Shown: positions 18,454 through 28,300 of the stretch, piece by piece | How the letters are laid out: each line of letters begins with the position of its first letter | How positions within the stretch are numbered: the stretch's first letter is position 1 | NCBI GenBank assembly: GCA_022796725.1 | Contig: JAAWJE010000017.1 | Coordinates: 1-50,015, forward strand | DNA from: Clostridia bacterium | GTDB taxonomy: Bacteria; Bacillota; Clostridia; TANB77; CAG-508 | Direction of reading: 5' to 3' | DNA length: 50,015 bases | Made by a program: the position numbers and the translations under genes | The notes under the pieces: model-generated | What the model was told of the DNA's origin: nothing | Seen by the model: only the letters and a program-made list of their open reading frames with translations | Database searches by the model: none

Positions 18454-19950
18454 ATGGATATTATAAAAGACAAGATAAAGGTAATGGAATTATCAAATAG
18501 TACGAAAAAGGAGTTTGATATAAATCAAAGTTATATAATTCCAGATATAAAATCAGATATTATAAAAGTTACAAATACATCTGGAAATGTTTTTATTGAA
18601 AAAGAAGAAATACAAAATGATAGAATAAAGATAGAAGGAAGTATATTAGCACTTAGTTTATATCTAGATGGAGAAGGAAATAATAATAGTTTAGATTTAG
18701 AAATGCCATTTTCAGAATTTATTAATATTGATAATATTGAAAGAGAGATAACAAATGATGACTATGAAACTGAAATAATGATAAATAAATTAGAACTTAA
18801 GATTATTAATGAAAGAAAAGTTGAATTAAATGCAAATGTTATTTCAAAAGTAAGAATATATTCTGAAAATGAAGCAGATATTGTAAAAGAGATTAATGAT
18901 GAAAATAATAAAATTGAAAAAAAGGAAAAAAATGTTGTACTTGAAAACTTAATAGGAAAAGGAAAAACAAGATGTTATTTAAAGGAAAATGTAAAAATAA
19001 CAGATGTAGAAAAAGTAATTAATATAGTAAGTTTAAATTATTCATTAGAAAATATAGATACAAAAATTAGTTATAATAAAGTACTTGCTAAAAGTGATGT
19101 AATGTTAGAAATATTATATAGAAATGAAGAAAATAGAATAAATAGAGCGACAGCAACATTTCCAATAATGGGATTTATTGATATACAAGATGTTTCAGAT
19201 AATAATGAATGCAAATTAAAAAATCAGCTTAGAAATATTAAAATGTCAATTAATAATGATAGTACACTTAATTTGGAAATGGAATTTGAATATAAATGTT
19301 ATGTTTATGAACAAATAAATACAAATATAATAGATGATATGTATGGAATAAAAAAATCTTATAATTATAAAAAAAGTAAGATTCAATTAAATGATATGAG
19401 CTTAGAAAAAGTAACAACTAAGAACATAAATGAAAAAGTTTTAATAGATAATATAAATCAATTATATGATAGTAATGTTTCAGTACTAATAACAAACAAA
19501 TATAATCAAGATGGATTAGATAAATATGTTGGAACGTTAGAAGTAAATTATATTTATAATACGTTTGACAGTAATAGTATAGAATCAATGATTCAAAAAT
19601 TTGATTTTGACTTTGAAGTTGAAGAAAATACTGAAATACAAATAAATATATCAAGTAAGAATTTTATTATTTTACCAGATTCAAGTGTAGATAGTAAAAT
19701 AGAATTAAATGTTGAAAAAGTAGCAAATGATACAAGATGTATTGAGGTTATAGATGATATAGAGGAAGTAGAAGAAGAAGCAAGAGAGAGTTATAGTATA
19801 ATAATATATTTTGTACAAAAAGGTGATTCTTTGTGGAAAATTGCTAAGAAATTTAGAAGTACAGTTGAACAAATTGCAGAAATAAATGATATTGAAAATG
19901 TAGATGTAATTGATGTAGGTCAAAAGCTATATATACCAAGGGTAGCATAA
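18454..19950 (+). CDS. LysM-domain sporulation protein (SipL/SpoVID-like)
   Basis: Start moved to the ATG at 18454 after AGGAGG. C-terminal LysM (YFVQKGDSLWKIAKKFRSTVEQIAEINDIENVDVIDVGQKLYIPR). The position after yabG-veg matches the C. difficile yabG-veg-sipL arrangement as I recall it. Confidence 0.6.
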   Translation: MDIIKDKIKVMELSNSTKKEFDINQSYIIPDIKSDIIKVTNTSGNVFIEKEEIQNDRIKIEGSILALSLYLDGEGNNNSLDLEMPFSEFINIDNIEREITNDDYETEIMINKLELKIINERKVELNANVISKVRIYSENEADIVKEINDENNKIEKKEKNVVLENLIGKGKTRCYLKENVKITDVEKVINIVSLNYSLENIDTKISYNKVLAKSDVMLEILYRNEENRINRATATFPIMGFIDIQDVSDNNECKLKNQLRNIKMSINNDSTLNLEMEFEYKCYVYEQINTNIIDDMYGIKKSYNYKKSKIQLNDMSLEKVTTKNINEKVLIDNINQLYDSNVSVLITNKYNQDGLDKYVGTLEVNYIYNTFDSNSIESMIQKFDFDFEVEENTEIQINISSKNFIILPDSSVDSKIELNVEKVANDTRCIEVIDDIEEVEEEARESYSIIIYFVQKGDSLWKIAKKFRSTVEQIAEINDIENVDVIDVGQKLYIPRVA

Positions 19951-19965
19951 ATAAGATTGACTTAA

Positions 19966-20005
19966 AGAGAAAGTGAGAATTCTTCTTACTTTCTCTTGCT
20001 TTTTA
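19966..20005 (+). terminator. Rho-independent terminator
   Basis: agagaaagt/actttctct stem followed by a T-rich tail. Confidence 0.6.
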
Positions 20006-20080
20006 GAAATAATATTAAAAGCTTATGGTATTTTATATATTTTTATACTATAATGTGAAAAAGATTAGGAAATATAAAAA

Positions 20081-20780
20081 ATGAAATTAATAATAGATTC
20101 TAGAATGAGAGAAGAAGAAAAGAGATATATAAATAAATATGGTGAGATAATTGAAATTAATCCAAAATTAGATGTATATGAAGAAATATCAGGACATCCA
20201 GATATTTTCATATGCAAAATAAATGATAAAGTTATATTATCTCCAAATTTAAGAGAAGATAATTATATTAATATAGAAAATTGTGAATATGGCGAAGAAT
20301 ATCTTGAAAAGAAATATCCAAGTGATATAAAATATAATATATGTCAGATTGGAAATAACGTCGTTCATGATTTTAGATATACAGATGAAAGGGTTATAGA
20401 AACTATAAATAAATATAATTTAAATAAGATACAAGTAAAACAAGGTTATTCTAATTGTAGTATAAGTGTAATTAGTGAAAATGCATGTATAACATCAGAT
20501 AAGCGGAATTTATAGTAAATTAAAAAAGAATGATATAGATGTCTTATATATAGATGAGAAAAACATAAAATTATTAAACTCAAAAGGCAAAGAAACAAAT
20601 ATGAGAGGTTTTATAGGAGGAGCTTCATGTGTAATTGAAAATAAGTTTATTTTATTTGGAGATATTGACTATTTAAAAAATAAAGATAAAATTATTACTT
20701 TTTTAAAAAAGCATAGATTAGAATTAATAGATTTTAAAAAGCTAAATGTACATGATTATGGAGGAGTAATTGTTATATAA
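20081..20780 (+). pseudogene. Frameshifted conserved hypothetical gene (about 232 aa if repaired)
   Basis: Frame 1 ends at TAG 20513. A second frame, open from 20493 to TAA 20780, continues as GIYSKLKKNDIDVLYIDEKNIKLLNSKGKETNMRGFIGGASCVIENKF...HDYGGVIVI. There is no SD or start for the second part. The shift lies within 20493-20515. Confidence 0.6.
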
Positions 20781-20792
20781 AATAAAAAAGGA

Positions 20793-21254
20793 ATGGTGAT
20801 AAATATGGTTAATGTGGTAATAGGAGTAATAACAAAGCAAGATAAAATTTTATTAATAAAAAGAGAAAGAGGAGATTTTATAGGTCTTTGGGGAATACCA
20901 GGAGGAAAGGTCGAAGAAAGTGAGCATTTTGATACTGCAATAGAAAGAGAGATAAAAGAAGAACTTGGATTAATACTAAAATTTAATCGACTATTGGGAA
21001 CTGCAACAGAGATAATGCATGATAAAGAGTCTACTACAATATTACAGATTTGTGAATTAGTAATGGATGAAAATCAAGAAATATTAAATCCAGAATTTGA
21101 ATATAAGTGGTTTTCAAAAGAAGAATTTAAAAATTCTAATTGTATTATAGAAAGTGATAAAATTATGATAAATGAATTTTATTATGGTAAAACAAATAAT
21201 TATTTAAAATTAGATTGTTATAAAGATAAAGAGGGAAATTACTTTTGGAGTTAA
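20793..21254 (+). CDS. NUDIX hydrolase
   Basis: Nudix box GGKVEESEHFDTAIEREIKEELGL; the start is ambiguous (20793 or 20805). Confidence 0.8.
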   Translation: MVINMVNVVIGVITKQDKILLIKRERGDFIGLWGIPGGKVEESEHFDTAIEREIKEELGLILKFNRLLGTATEIMHDKESTTILQICELVMDENQEILNPEFEYKWFSKEEFKNSNCIIESDKIMINEFYYGKTNNYLKLDCYKDKEGNYFWS

Positions 21255-21277
21255 CAAAAAATAAAAAGGAGAAGATT

Positions 21278-22060
21278 ATGAAAGTAGCATTAATACAAAT
21301 GGATTCAAAAGATAATAAGAGGGAAAACATAGAAAAGGCAATTAAATTTATGGATGAAGCAGTTAAAAAAGATTCAGATATTATATGTTTATCTGAAAAG
21401 TTTTTATATTGGGGAAAAGATAGAGGAGCTGAAAGTATGGACTCAGACATAATTACTAATTTTAAAGAATATGCAAAGAAAAATAATGTTAATATTATTT
21501 TAGGAAGTTTAGCTATAAAGGTTGAGGGTAGTGATAACATAACAAATACTACACTTGTAATAAATAGAAAAGGAGAAATTATACATAGATATGATAAGAT
21601 TTATATGTATACAGTAGATAAAGATGATTTAAAAATAGATGAGGGAAAAGATACAATAAAAGGAAATAAATTAGGACTTGTAGAAATTGACGGAGTAAAG
21701 ATAGGAATTGGAATATGTTTTGATATCAGATATCCAGAGTATTTTAAAACACTTGCATTAAATGGCGCTGAAATAATATTTTTACCAGCTAATTTTAGAA
21801 AAGCTACAGGAAAACTAGCATGGGATATATTAACAAGAGCAAGAGCAATAGAAAATCAAGCATATTTTTGTGCATGTGATCAAACAGGAGGAATAGCAGA
21901 AAAAGAAAGATGCGGAAATACACAGATAATTTCTTATGATGGTACAATTTTAACTAATATAGAAAAAGAAGAAGGAATTATAGTAGAAGATTTAGACATT
22001 GAAAGTTTAAGAACATTTAGAAAAGAATTCCCAGTACTAAAACAAATAGAAAAGTTTTAG
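21278..22060 (+). CDS. Carbon-nitrogen hydrolase (nitrilase superfamily amidohydrolase)
   Basis: Start moved to the ATG at 21278 after AAGGAG. MKVALIQMD start and GIGICFDIRYPE catalytic Cys motif. Confidence 0.85.
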   Translation: MKVALIQMDSKDNKRENIEKAIKFMDEAVKKDSDIICLSEKFLYWGKDRGAESMDSDIITNFKEYAKKNNVNIILGSLAIKVEGSDNITNTTLVINRKGEIIHRYDKIYMYTVDKDDLKIDEGKDTIKGNKLGLVEIDGVKIGIGICFDIRYPEYFKTLALNGAEIIFLPANFRKATGKLAWDILTRARAIENQAYFCACDQTGGIAEKERCGNTQIISYDGTILTNIEKEEGIIVEDLDIESLRTFRKEFPVLKQIEKF

Positions 22061-22095
22061 TTAAAGAAATAATAAAAGAATAATGGAGAGATTAA

Positions 22096-22812
22096 ATGAT
22101 TAATTTAGAAGGAAAAACAGCAATAGTAACTGGTGGTAGTGATGGAATAGGAAAAGCAATTGCAAATAAATTAAATAATTTAGGTGCTAAAGTTATTATT
22201 TTTGATATAAAAAAGCCAAATGGAGATTTTGAATATTATAAAGTAGATATAACAAGAGATATAGAAATAAAAGAAGCTATTAAGAATATAGAAAAAATAG
22301 ATATTTTAGTAAATAATGCAGGAGTATATTTTGAAAAATATTTAGAAGAAACAACTGATAATGATATAGATTATATGGTAGATATAAATATAAAAGGAAC
22401 TTTTAAAGTCACTAGAAATATGATTGATAAATTAAAAGAAACAAAGGGTTGTATTGTAAATATTGCTTCTTGTTTAGGTTTAGTTCCAGAGTTAACATCT
22501 CCTTTATATTGTACAACAAAGGCAGGAATTATCATGTTTACAAAATGTTTAGCACAGGAATATGCAGATTTAGGAGTTAGAGTTAATTGCGTTTTACCAG
22601 GACCAATACTTACTGAATTATTAGAAAAAAGTTTTGCAAATGAAAATGATAAAAATAAGTGTGGTAACAGAATACCAATGAGAAGGATTGGAACTCCAGA
22701 TGAAGTAGCAAATGTAGTAGGTTTCTTAGCAAGTGATGAATCTTCATTTGTAACAGGAGGAATATATACTGTAGATGGTGGAGTTTCAACATCTAGTATT
22801 TATTCTAAGTAA
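22096..22812 (+). CDS. SDR-family oxidoreductase (FabG-like)
   Basis: TGGSDGIGKAIA cofactor motif, NNAG, catalytic YCTTK. Confidence 0.85.
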   Translation: MINLEGKTAIVTGGSDGIGKAIANKLNNLGAKVIIFDIKKPNGDFEYYKVDITRDIEIKEAIKNIEKIDILVNNAGVYFEKYLEETTDNDIDYMVDINIKGTFKVTRNMIDKLKETKGCIVNIASCLGLVPELTSPLYCTTKAGIIMFTKCLAQEYADLGVRVNCVLPGPILTELLEKSFANENDKNKCGNRIPMRRIGTPDEVANVVGFLASDESSFVTGGIYTVDGGVSTSSIYSK

Positions 22813-22969
22813 ATTTTATATATTTTTATGTTAATAAAATAAGAAAGCTAACTATATTAAAGAATACTTAAGTATAGCTAGCTTTTTATACAATTAAAAA
22901 ATATATATTAATAGTTGATTAAATAAAATTTATATACTAGTCATGTATATATATATAAGTCATTATTAA

Positions 22970-23959
22970 TTATTTTAATTCATTTTTGCATTCTATACCG
23001 TCTAAGACTTCCTTAATATTTTGTAATGTATCACTTGCAATTTTATTTAATGCTTCTTTGGTAAAAAAGGCTTGATGAGAGGTAATAATTAAGTTTGGCA
23101 TAGATAATAGAATTGATAAGTTTTTATCTCTTTTGTAAGAGTTTGTCATATCACGTAAGAAAAATTCATCTTCATCTTCGTATACATCTAGACCAACTCC
23201 ACCAATTTTACCAGTCTCCATTTCTTTAATAAGGCTATTAGTATCAACTAATTTTCCTCTACTACAGTTAATTAAAACAACTCCATCTTTCATTTTGTTA
23301 ATACTTTGCTTGTTTATAATGTTTTCTGTTTCAGGAGTCAAAGGGCAATGCAAAGAAATAATATCAGATTTTTCATACAATTCATCTAGTGATACATATT
23401 CAAATCCAATTTCTTTACTAGCTGATTCATCTTTAAATAAATCATAAGCAATAACATTAGTGCCAAATCCCTTCATAATTTGAATAAATACTTTTCCAAT
23501 TTTTCCTGTACCAATAACTCCTACAGTTTTTCCATGTATATCAAATCCCATAAGTCCATCTAAAGTAAAGTTATACTTTCTAGTACGTTGATAAGATTTA
23601 TATAATTTTCTAGTAATATTTAAAAGTAAAGCTACAGCGTGTTCAGCAACAGCATATGGTGAATATTGAGGAACACGAACTACCTTAATATTACCTTTAT
23701 GTTCTAGATCAACGTTGTTAAACCCAGCACAACGAAGAGCTATTAACTTTATTCCATTGTTTTCTAAAATTTTTAAAGTTTGCTCATCTATTTTATCATG
23801 TACAAAAATACAAACAACATCAAATCCTTTGGTAAGAGGAGCTGTTTCAATATTTAATATAGACTTAAAATAAGTAATATTATAACCATAGTTTTTATTG
23901 TATTCATCAAATAATTTTTTATCATATTCTTTAGTATCAAAAAAAGCAATTTTAATCAT
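22970..23959 (-). CDS. D-isomer-specific 2-hydroxyacid dehydrogenase (D-lactate dehydrogenase-like)
   Basis: GVIGTGKIGKVF NAD-binding motif and a MIKIAFFD start after AAGGAG (start moved from 23977 to 23959). Confidence 0.8.
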   Translation of the reverse strand: MIKIAFFDTKEYDKKLFDEYNKNYGYNITYFKSILNIETAPLTKGFDVVCIFVHDKIDEQTLKILENNGIKLIALRCAGFNNVDLEHKGNIKVVRVPQYSPYAVAEHAVALLLNITRKLYKSYQRTRKYNFTLDGLMGFDIHGKTVGVIGTGKIGKVFIQIMKGFGTNVIAYDLFKDESASKEIGFEYVSLDELYEKSDIISLHCPLTPETENIINKQSINKMKDGVVLINCSRGKLVDTNSLIKEMETGKIGGVGLDVYEDEDEFFLRDMTNSYKRDKNLSILLSMPNLIITSHQAFFTKEALNKIASDTLQNIKEVLDGIECKNELK

Positions 23960-24084
23960 AAAAATAATCTCCTTCATCTAATTTTAAAATTTATTAATAT
24001 TTTATATAATATTTAAATAACTTAAAAGCAAAATAAAAGCAATAATCTAAATAGATTACCGCTTTTGCATATAAAAAACTCTTT

Positions 24085-24489
24085 TTATCTTTTTGAAAAT
24101 TGTGGAGCTTTTCTAGCTTTCTTAAGACCATATTTCTTTCTTTCTTTCATACGAGGATCTCTTGTTAAGAATCCATTTGATTTTAGAGCTGGTTTATATT
24201 CAGAATTTGCTTCTACTAAAGCTCTAGCTATACCATGTCTTATAGCACCTGCTTGACCAGTATAACCTCCACCTTGAACTCTACAAATTATATCATATTT
24301 TGATACTGTATTAGTAGCTGTTAATGGTTGTTTTACTATAACTTTTAATATTTCTGTTCCAAAATATTCATCTAAATTAGTACCATTTACAGTTATTGTT
24401 CCATTACCTTCAGTTAATCTTACTCTAGCAATTGATTTTTTTCTTCTTCCAGTACCTGCAAAAACAATTTTTTCAGATTTCTTTGCCAT
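24085..24489 (-). CDS. rpsI: 30S ribosomal protein S9
   Basis: 134 aa ending in the canonical ...[12 protein letters not shown] tail. Confidence 0.95.
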   Translation of the reverse strand: MAKKSEKIVFAGTGRRKKSIARVRLTEGNGTITVNGTNLDEYFGTEILKVIVKQPLTATNTVSKYDIICRVQGGGYTGQAGAIRHGIARALVEANSEYKPALKSNGFLTRDPRMKERKKYGLKKARKAPQFSKR

Positions 24490-24490
24490 A

Positions 24491-24928
24491 TTAATTTACC
24501 TCCCATACTTCTGGTTTTTGAGCCATGTTTTCATGTTCATTACCTGCGTAAACTCTTAATTTTTTAACCATTTGTCTTCCTAACTTAGTATGAGGAAGCA
24601 TACCTTTTACAGCAATCATCATAGCTTTTTCAGGAGTATTTTCCATCATTACTCTAGCTGTTGTCTCGTGCATTCCTCCAATATAACCTGAATGATGTCT
24701 ATAAATTTTTTGATCTAATTTTTTTCCTGTAAGGATAGCATCTTTACAATTTAATATAATTACATGATCACCTGTATCAATATTTGGTGTATAAGTTGGT
24801 TTGTGTTTTCCACGTAATAATTTAGCAGCTTCAGTAGCAACTCTACCTAATGGTTTATTTGCTGCATCAATTATATACCATTTACTTTCTATTTCGCTTT
24901 TTTTTGCGCTATATGTAGTATTATTCAT
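24491..24928 (-). CDS. rplM: 50S ribosomal protein L13
   Basis: 145 aa; [32 protein letters not shown] signature. Confidence 0.95.
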   Translation of the reverse strand: MNNTTYSAKKSEIESKWYIIDAANKPLGRVATEAAKLLRGKHKPTYTPNIDTGDHVIILNCKDAILTGKKLDQKIYRHHSGYIGGMHETTARVMMENTPEKAMMIAVKGMLPHTKLGRQMVKKLRVYAGNEHENMAQKPEVWEVN

Positions 24929-25037
24929 GGTAATAAATACCCTCCATTCATAAATTAATTTTATCTATATATAATTTATAAAATTACCACCGGGGAGAAG
25001 TAATTTATAAATACATATTTTTATATAATGCGTAATT

Positions 25038-25066
25038 ATTCTAATACAAATAAAATCAAAAGTCAA
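25038..25066 (-). promoter_or_regulatory. Sigma-A promoter of rplM-rpsI
   Basis: On the minus strand: TTGACT, 17 nt, then TAGAAT, about 110 nt upstream of the rplM ATG. The leader contains an aaattac/gtaattt hairpin and could be an L13-type leader. Confidence 0.5.
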
Positions 25067-25242
25067 GAAAATTTAATAAAATAACGGTAAAATTTGGTCT
25101 GAAAATGAGATTTAAATTGTAACAGTATATTGATGGAGAAAATAAAATATATAAAATTAATTTAAAAATTTTGAATATATTTATAATAAATACTGAAAAA
25201 TTATCAGAATTTAATAAATATTTTCAAAAAAAGCTCTAAATA

Positions 25243-25271
25243 TTGATAATTTTGTATAAAAATGGTATAAT
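25243..25271 (+). promoter_or_regulatory. Sigma-A promoter of the giant surface-protein gene
   Basis: TTGATA, 17 nt, then TATAAT with an extended -10 TG. Confidence 0.5.
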
Positions 25272-25315
25272 GATAAAAGTAGGAATAGAAACTAAAATAA
25301 AAAGGAAAGGATTTT

Positions 25316-28300
25316 ATGTATAATATGAGTATTAAAAGAAAAGAAAAAAAGTTATTAATTACTGGAATACTTATTATAATATTAAGTTCATTAATATTAT
25401 ATATAGTATTAAATCAATCAAAAATTAATGATGTAAAAGAAATTTTCAAAAAAGAGACAGTGAAACATTTAGATGATACTGGTAAAGAATTAGATCATTT
25501 ATACCTATCAGATATTTCATATAAAAGTGCAAAATCTGGACATGGAAGTATACTTATGGATAAGACAGCCTCAAATACTCAGATTACTTTGATGATTCAT
25601 GGAGCATCTACTGCTTTTGAAAAAGGAATATGGGCACATGCTACATCAGAGATAATATATGATCTTACTAATTATAATGAAAAGTATACATATTTTACAA
25701 CTTATTATGGTGTTTGCACAACTTCTGGAAATAGAGGAAATGGTGTTAAATTCTTTATTCAAACATCTAATGATTTAAAAACATGGACTAATGTAACAGA
25801 TGAATCACCTAAAGCTATGATGAGTTCTTATGATGCTAATTTTGCTAAAATAGATATTAGAGGTGTAAAATACTTAAAATTATATGCTAATGATAATGGT
25901 TCAAATGGAAATGACCATTCTGTTTGGGCAGATGCTAAATTAATAAAAGAAGGATATAAGGAACCAGGAGAAGAATTAGTTCCAACAGTAGAAGAATTAG
26001 ATAATAAAATAAAAACTAAATTTTCAACTGCAGATTTAACAAATAAAGAATATGAATTAACACTTCTTCAAAGAGAATTAATTAATAATGTTGGTCAATA
26101 TGCTTTAAGAAAATTTGTATCAGAGAGTGATTTAAACAAACAAACATATACATGGTTAACAGGAAATTTAGAAAATCTTCGTTTATATATTATGGGTGGT
26201 AAACCAGATGGAGGAAGTTACTATAATTCTTTAAATGTTTTATCTCAATTATATGATAAGTATAAGAGTGATTTTGAAATTAAAACTAAAACAAAGTATG
26301 GTACTGTACTAGGTGATTTATATAAAAGAATGGCAATTACACTTTCACTTACACATTCAAGTAGAGTAGCACTATGGATGCAACCTAGTGCACCAGAAAA
26401 TCAATCTAATGCAGTAACACGTTATCAAATATACAAGGACTTACATAAAAATGATAAGTTTGTTGTTTCAAGTAGACAAGATCATACAAAATGGTTTGAA
26501 GAATTAAAAGTAGAAGAAATGCGTTATGTTTTAAATAACATAATAGATGATGAAGAAATCTTATGGTTAAATGAATATACACAAAAATATATAGATGCAC
26601 ATCCAAATAAAGAAGAAGAATATTTACAACCACATCATTATATGAAATATATATGGCCAAATTATGGAAAAGCTGAATATCATGATGAGGCTAATAAAGA
26701 AATGTGGAGTAAAAAATATGGTAATTTTTTAGACTATGGAGTAACATTTAGACCAGGATTATATAAATTATGGATGAATTTAGACAATGGAGCTGTTTGT
26801 GGTGGTATTTCTAAAATTGGATCTAATATTCGTGCAGTTCATGGTACACCATCAGCAGTTATAGGCCAACCAGGACACGCAGCAATAATTTATTATAGAA
26901 AAGATGCACAAGGAAGAGGATATTGGTCAATAGATAATGATGTAAGTGGTTGGGCTCAATCAGAAAGAGGAGAAAGAAAGCCTCTTGGATGGGGTAATGA
27001 TAGTTATGTAAAAGGATATAATGCAACTTATATAATGCTAGCACAAGAAGCCTTAAACCATTTTGATGAATATGAGAAATCAGAAAAATTAATTATATTA
27101 GCAAGTATATATAATGATAATCCTACTAAAAAAGAACAATATTTAAGAGAAGCTCTTAAAGTTCAATCTTATAATATAGATGCTTGGTGGGAACTTATAA
27201 AATTATATCAAGCAGATAAAACAAAAACAGAAGCTGAATACTTTAGTTTAGCAGAGGAAATGGCTGAGAAACTAAAAGCATTTCCACTTCCAATGTATAA
27301 TCTAACTAATTTATTGAAAACTAATTTAAAAAGCCCAGAATATGCATTTGCATTTACATTACTTCAAAATCGTATTTTAACTGAAGGCAGTGTAGCAACA
27401 TCAGAAACTGTAGATGTTTACCAACCAAGTATTACAAGAACTGTTGCTAAGTATTTATTAGGTCAATTAGATAAAAATCTTGCAACATTCTCATTTGATG
27501 GAGAAAATGCTGGAAAAATTATATTATCAAGTCGTTTTGATGGTTCAGGAGTACGTTGGGATTATAGTTTAGATGGAAAAAATAAATGGAAAGAAGTTTC
27601 ATTTAGTGCAGATGAAGAACATAAATGGCAATTAACAAAAAATGAGATTGATAGTATTACAGCAGATACAGATATATATATTCATATAGTAGGTATGAAT
27701 TATGAAGAAAAAAATATATATAAAATAGATATTACGAAACAAGCAACTCCAACATTATATAATAATGACTTAGAAAATAGAGTAATGGGTACAACAGATA
27801 TAATGGAATGGCGTTTCAAAGATACAGACACATGGACATCTTATGCAAAAGAAGAACCTGATTTAACAGGAGATAAAACAGTACAAGTAAGAAAAGCACC
27901 TTCTGGAACAGGACTTGCAAGTGATATTATAACATTATCTTTTACACAAGATGATAACAATAATAAAAGAAAGTATATAAAAATTGCTCATTTATCAATA
28001 CACAATGTTTCATCTGAGGCGACTTCAAATCAAGGTAATGCAGCGTTTTGTATAGATGGAAATTATAATACAAGATGGCATTCAGCTTGGAATGGAAGTG
28101 ATAATAATAGATATATCACTATAAAATTAGATAAACCAGTTATGCTATCTGCCATGGAATATTTCCCTTGTGCAGGTGGTAATGGTAAAATATTACAAGC
28201 TCAAATTTTAGGAAGTATGGATGGAGAAAACTTTACTGAAATTAAAAATGTAACATGGGCAAATAATGATACAACAAAAACTATTGAATGGGAAGAACCA

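Noticed and set aside
24065-24256. A + strand 63-aa ORF overlapping rpsI.
   Set aside because: It is antisense to a highly conserved ribosomal protein gene and has no SD. Its start also lies in the rpsI terminator region.
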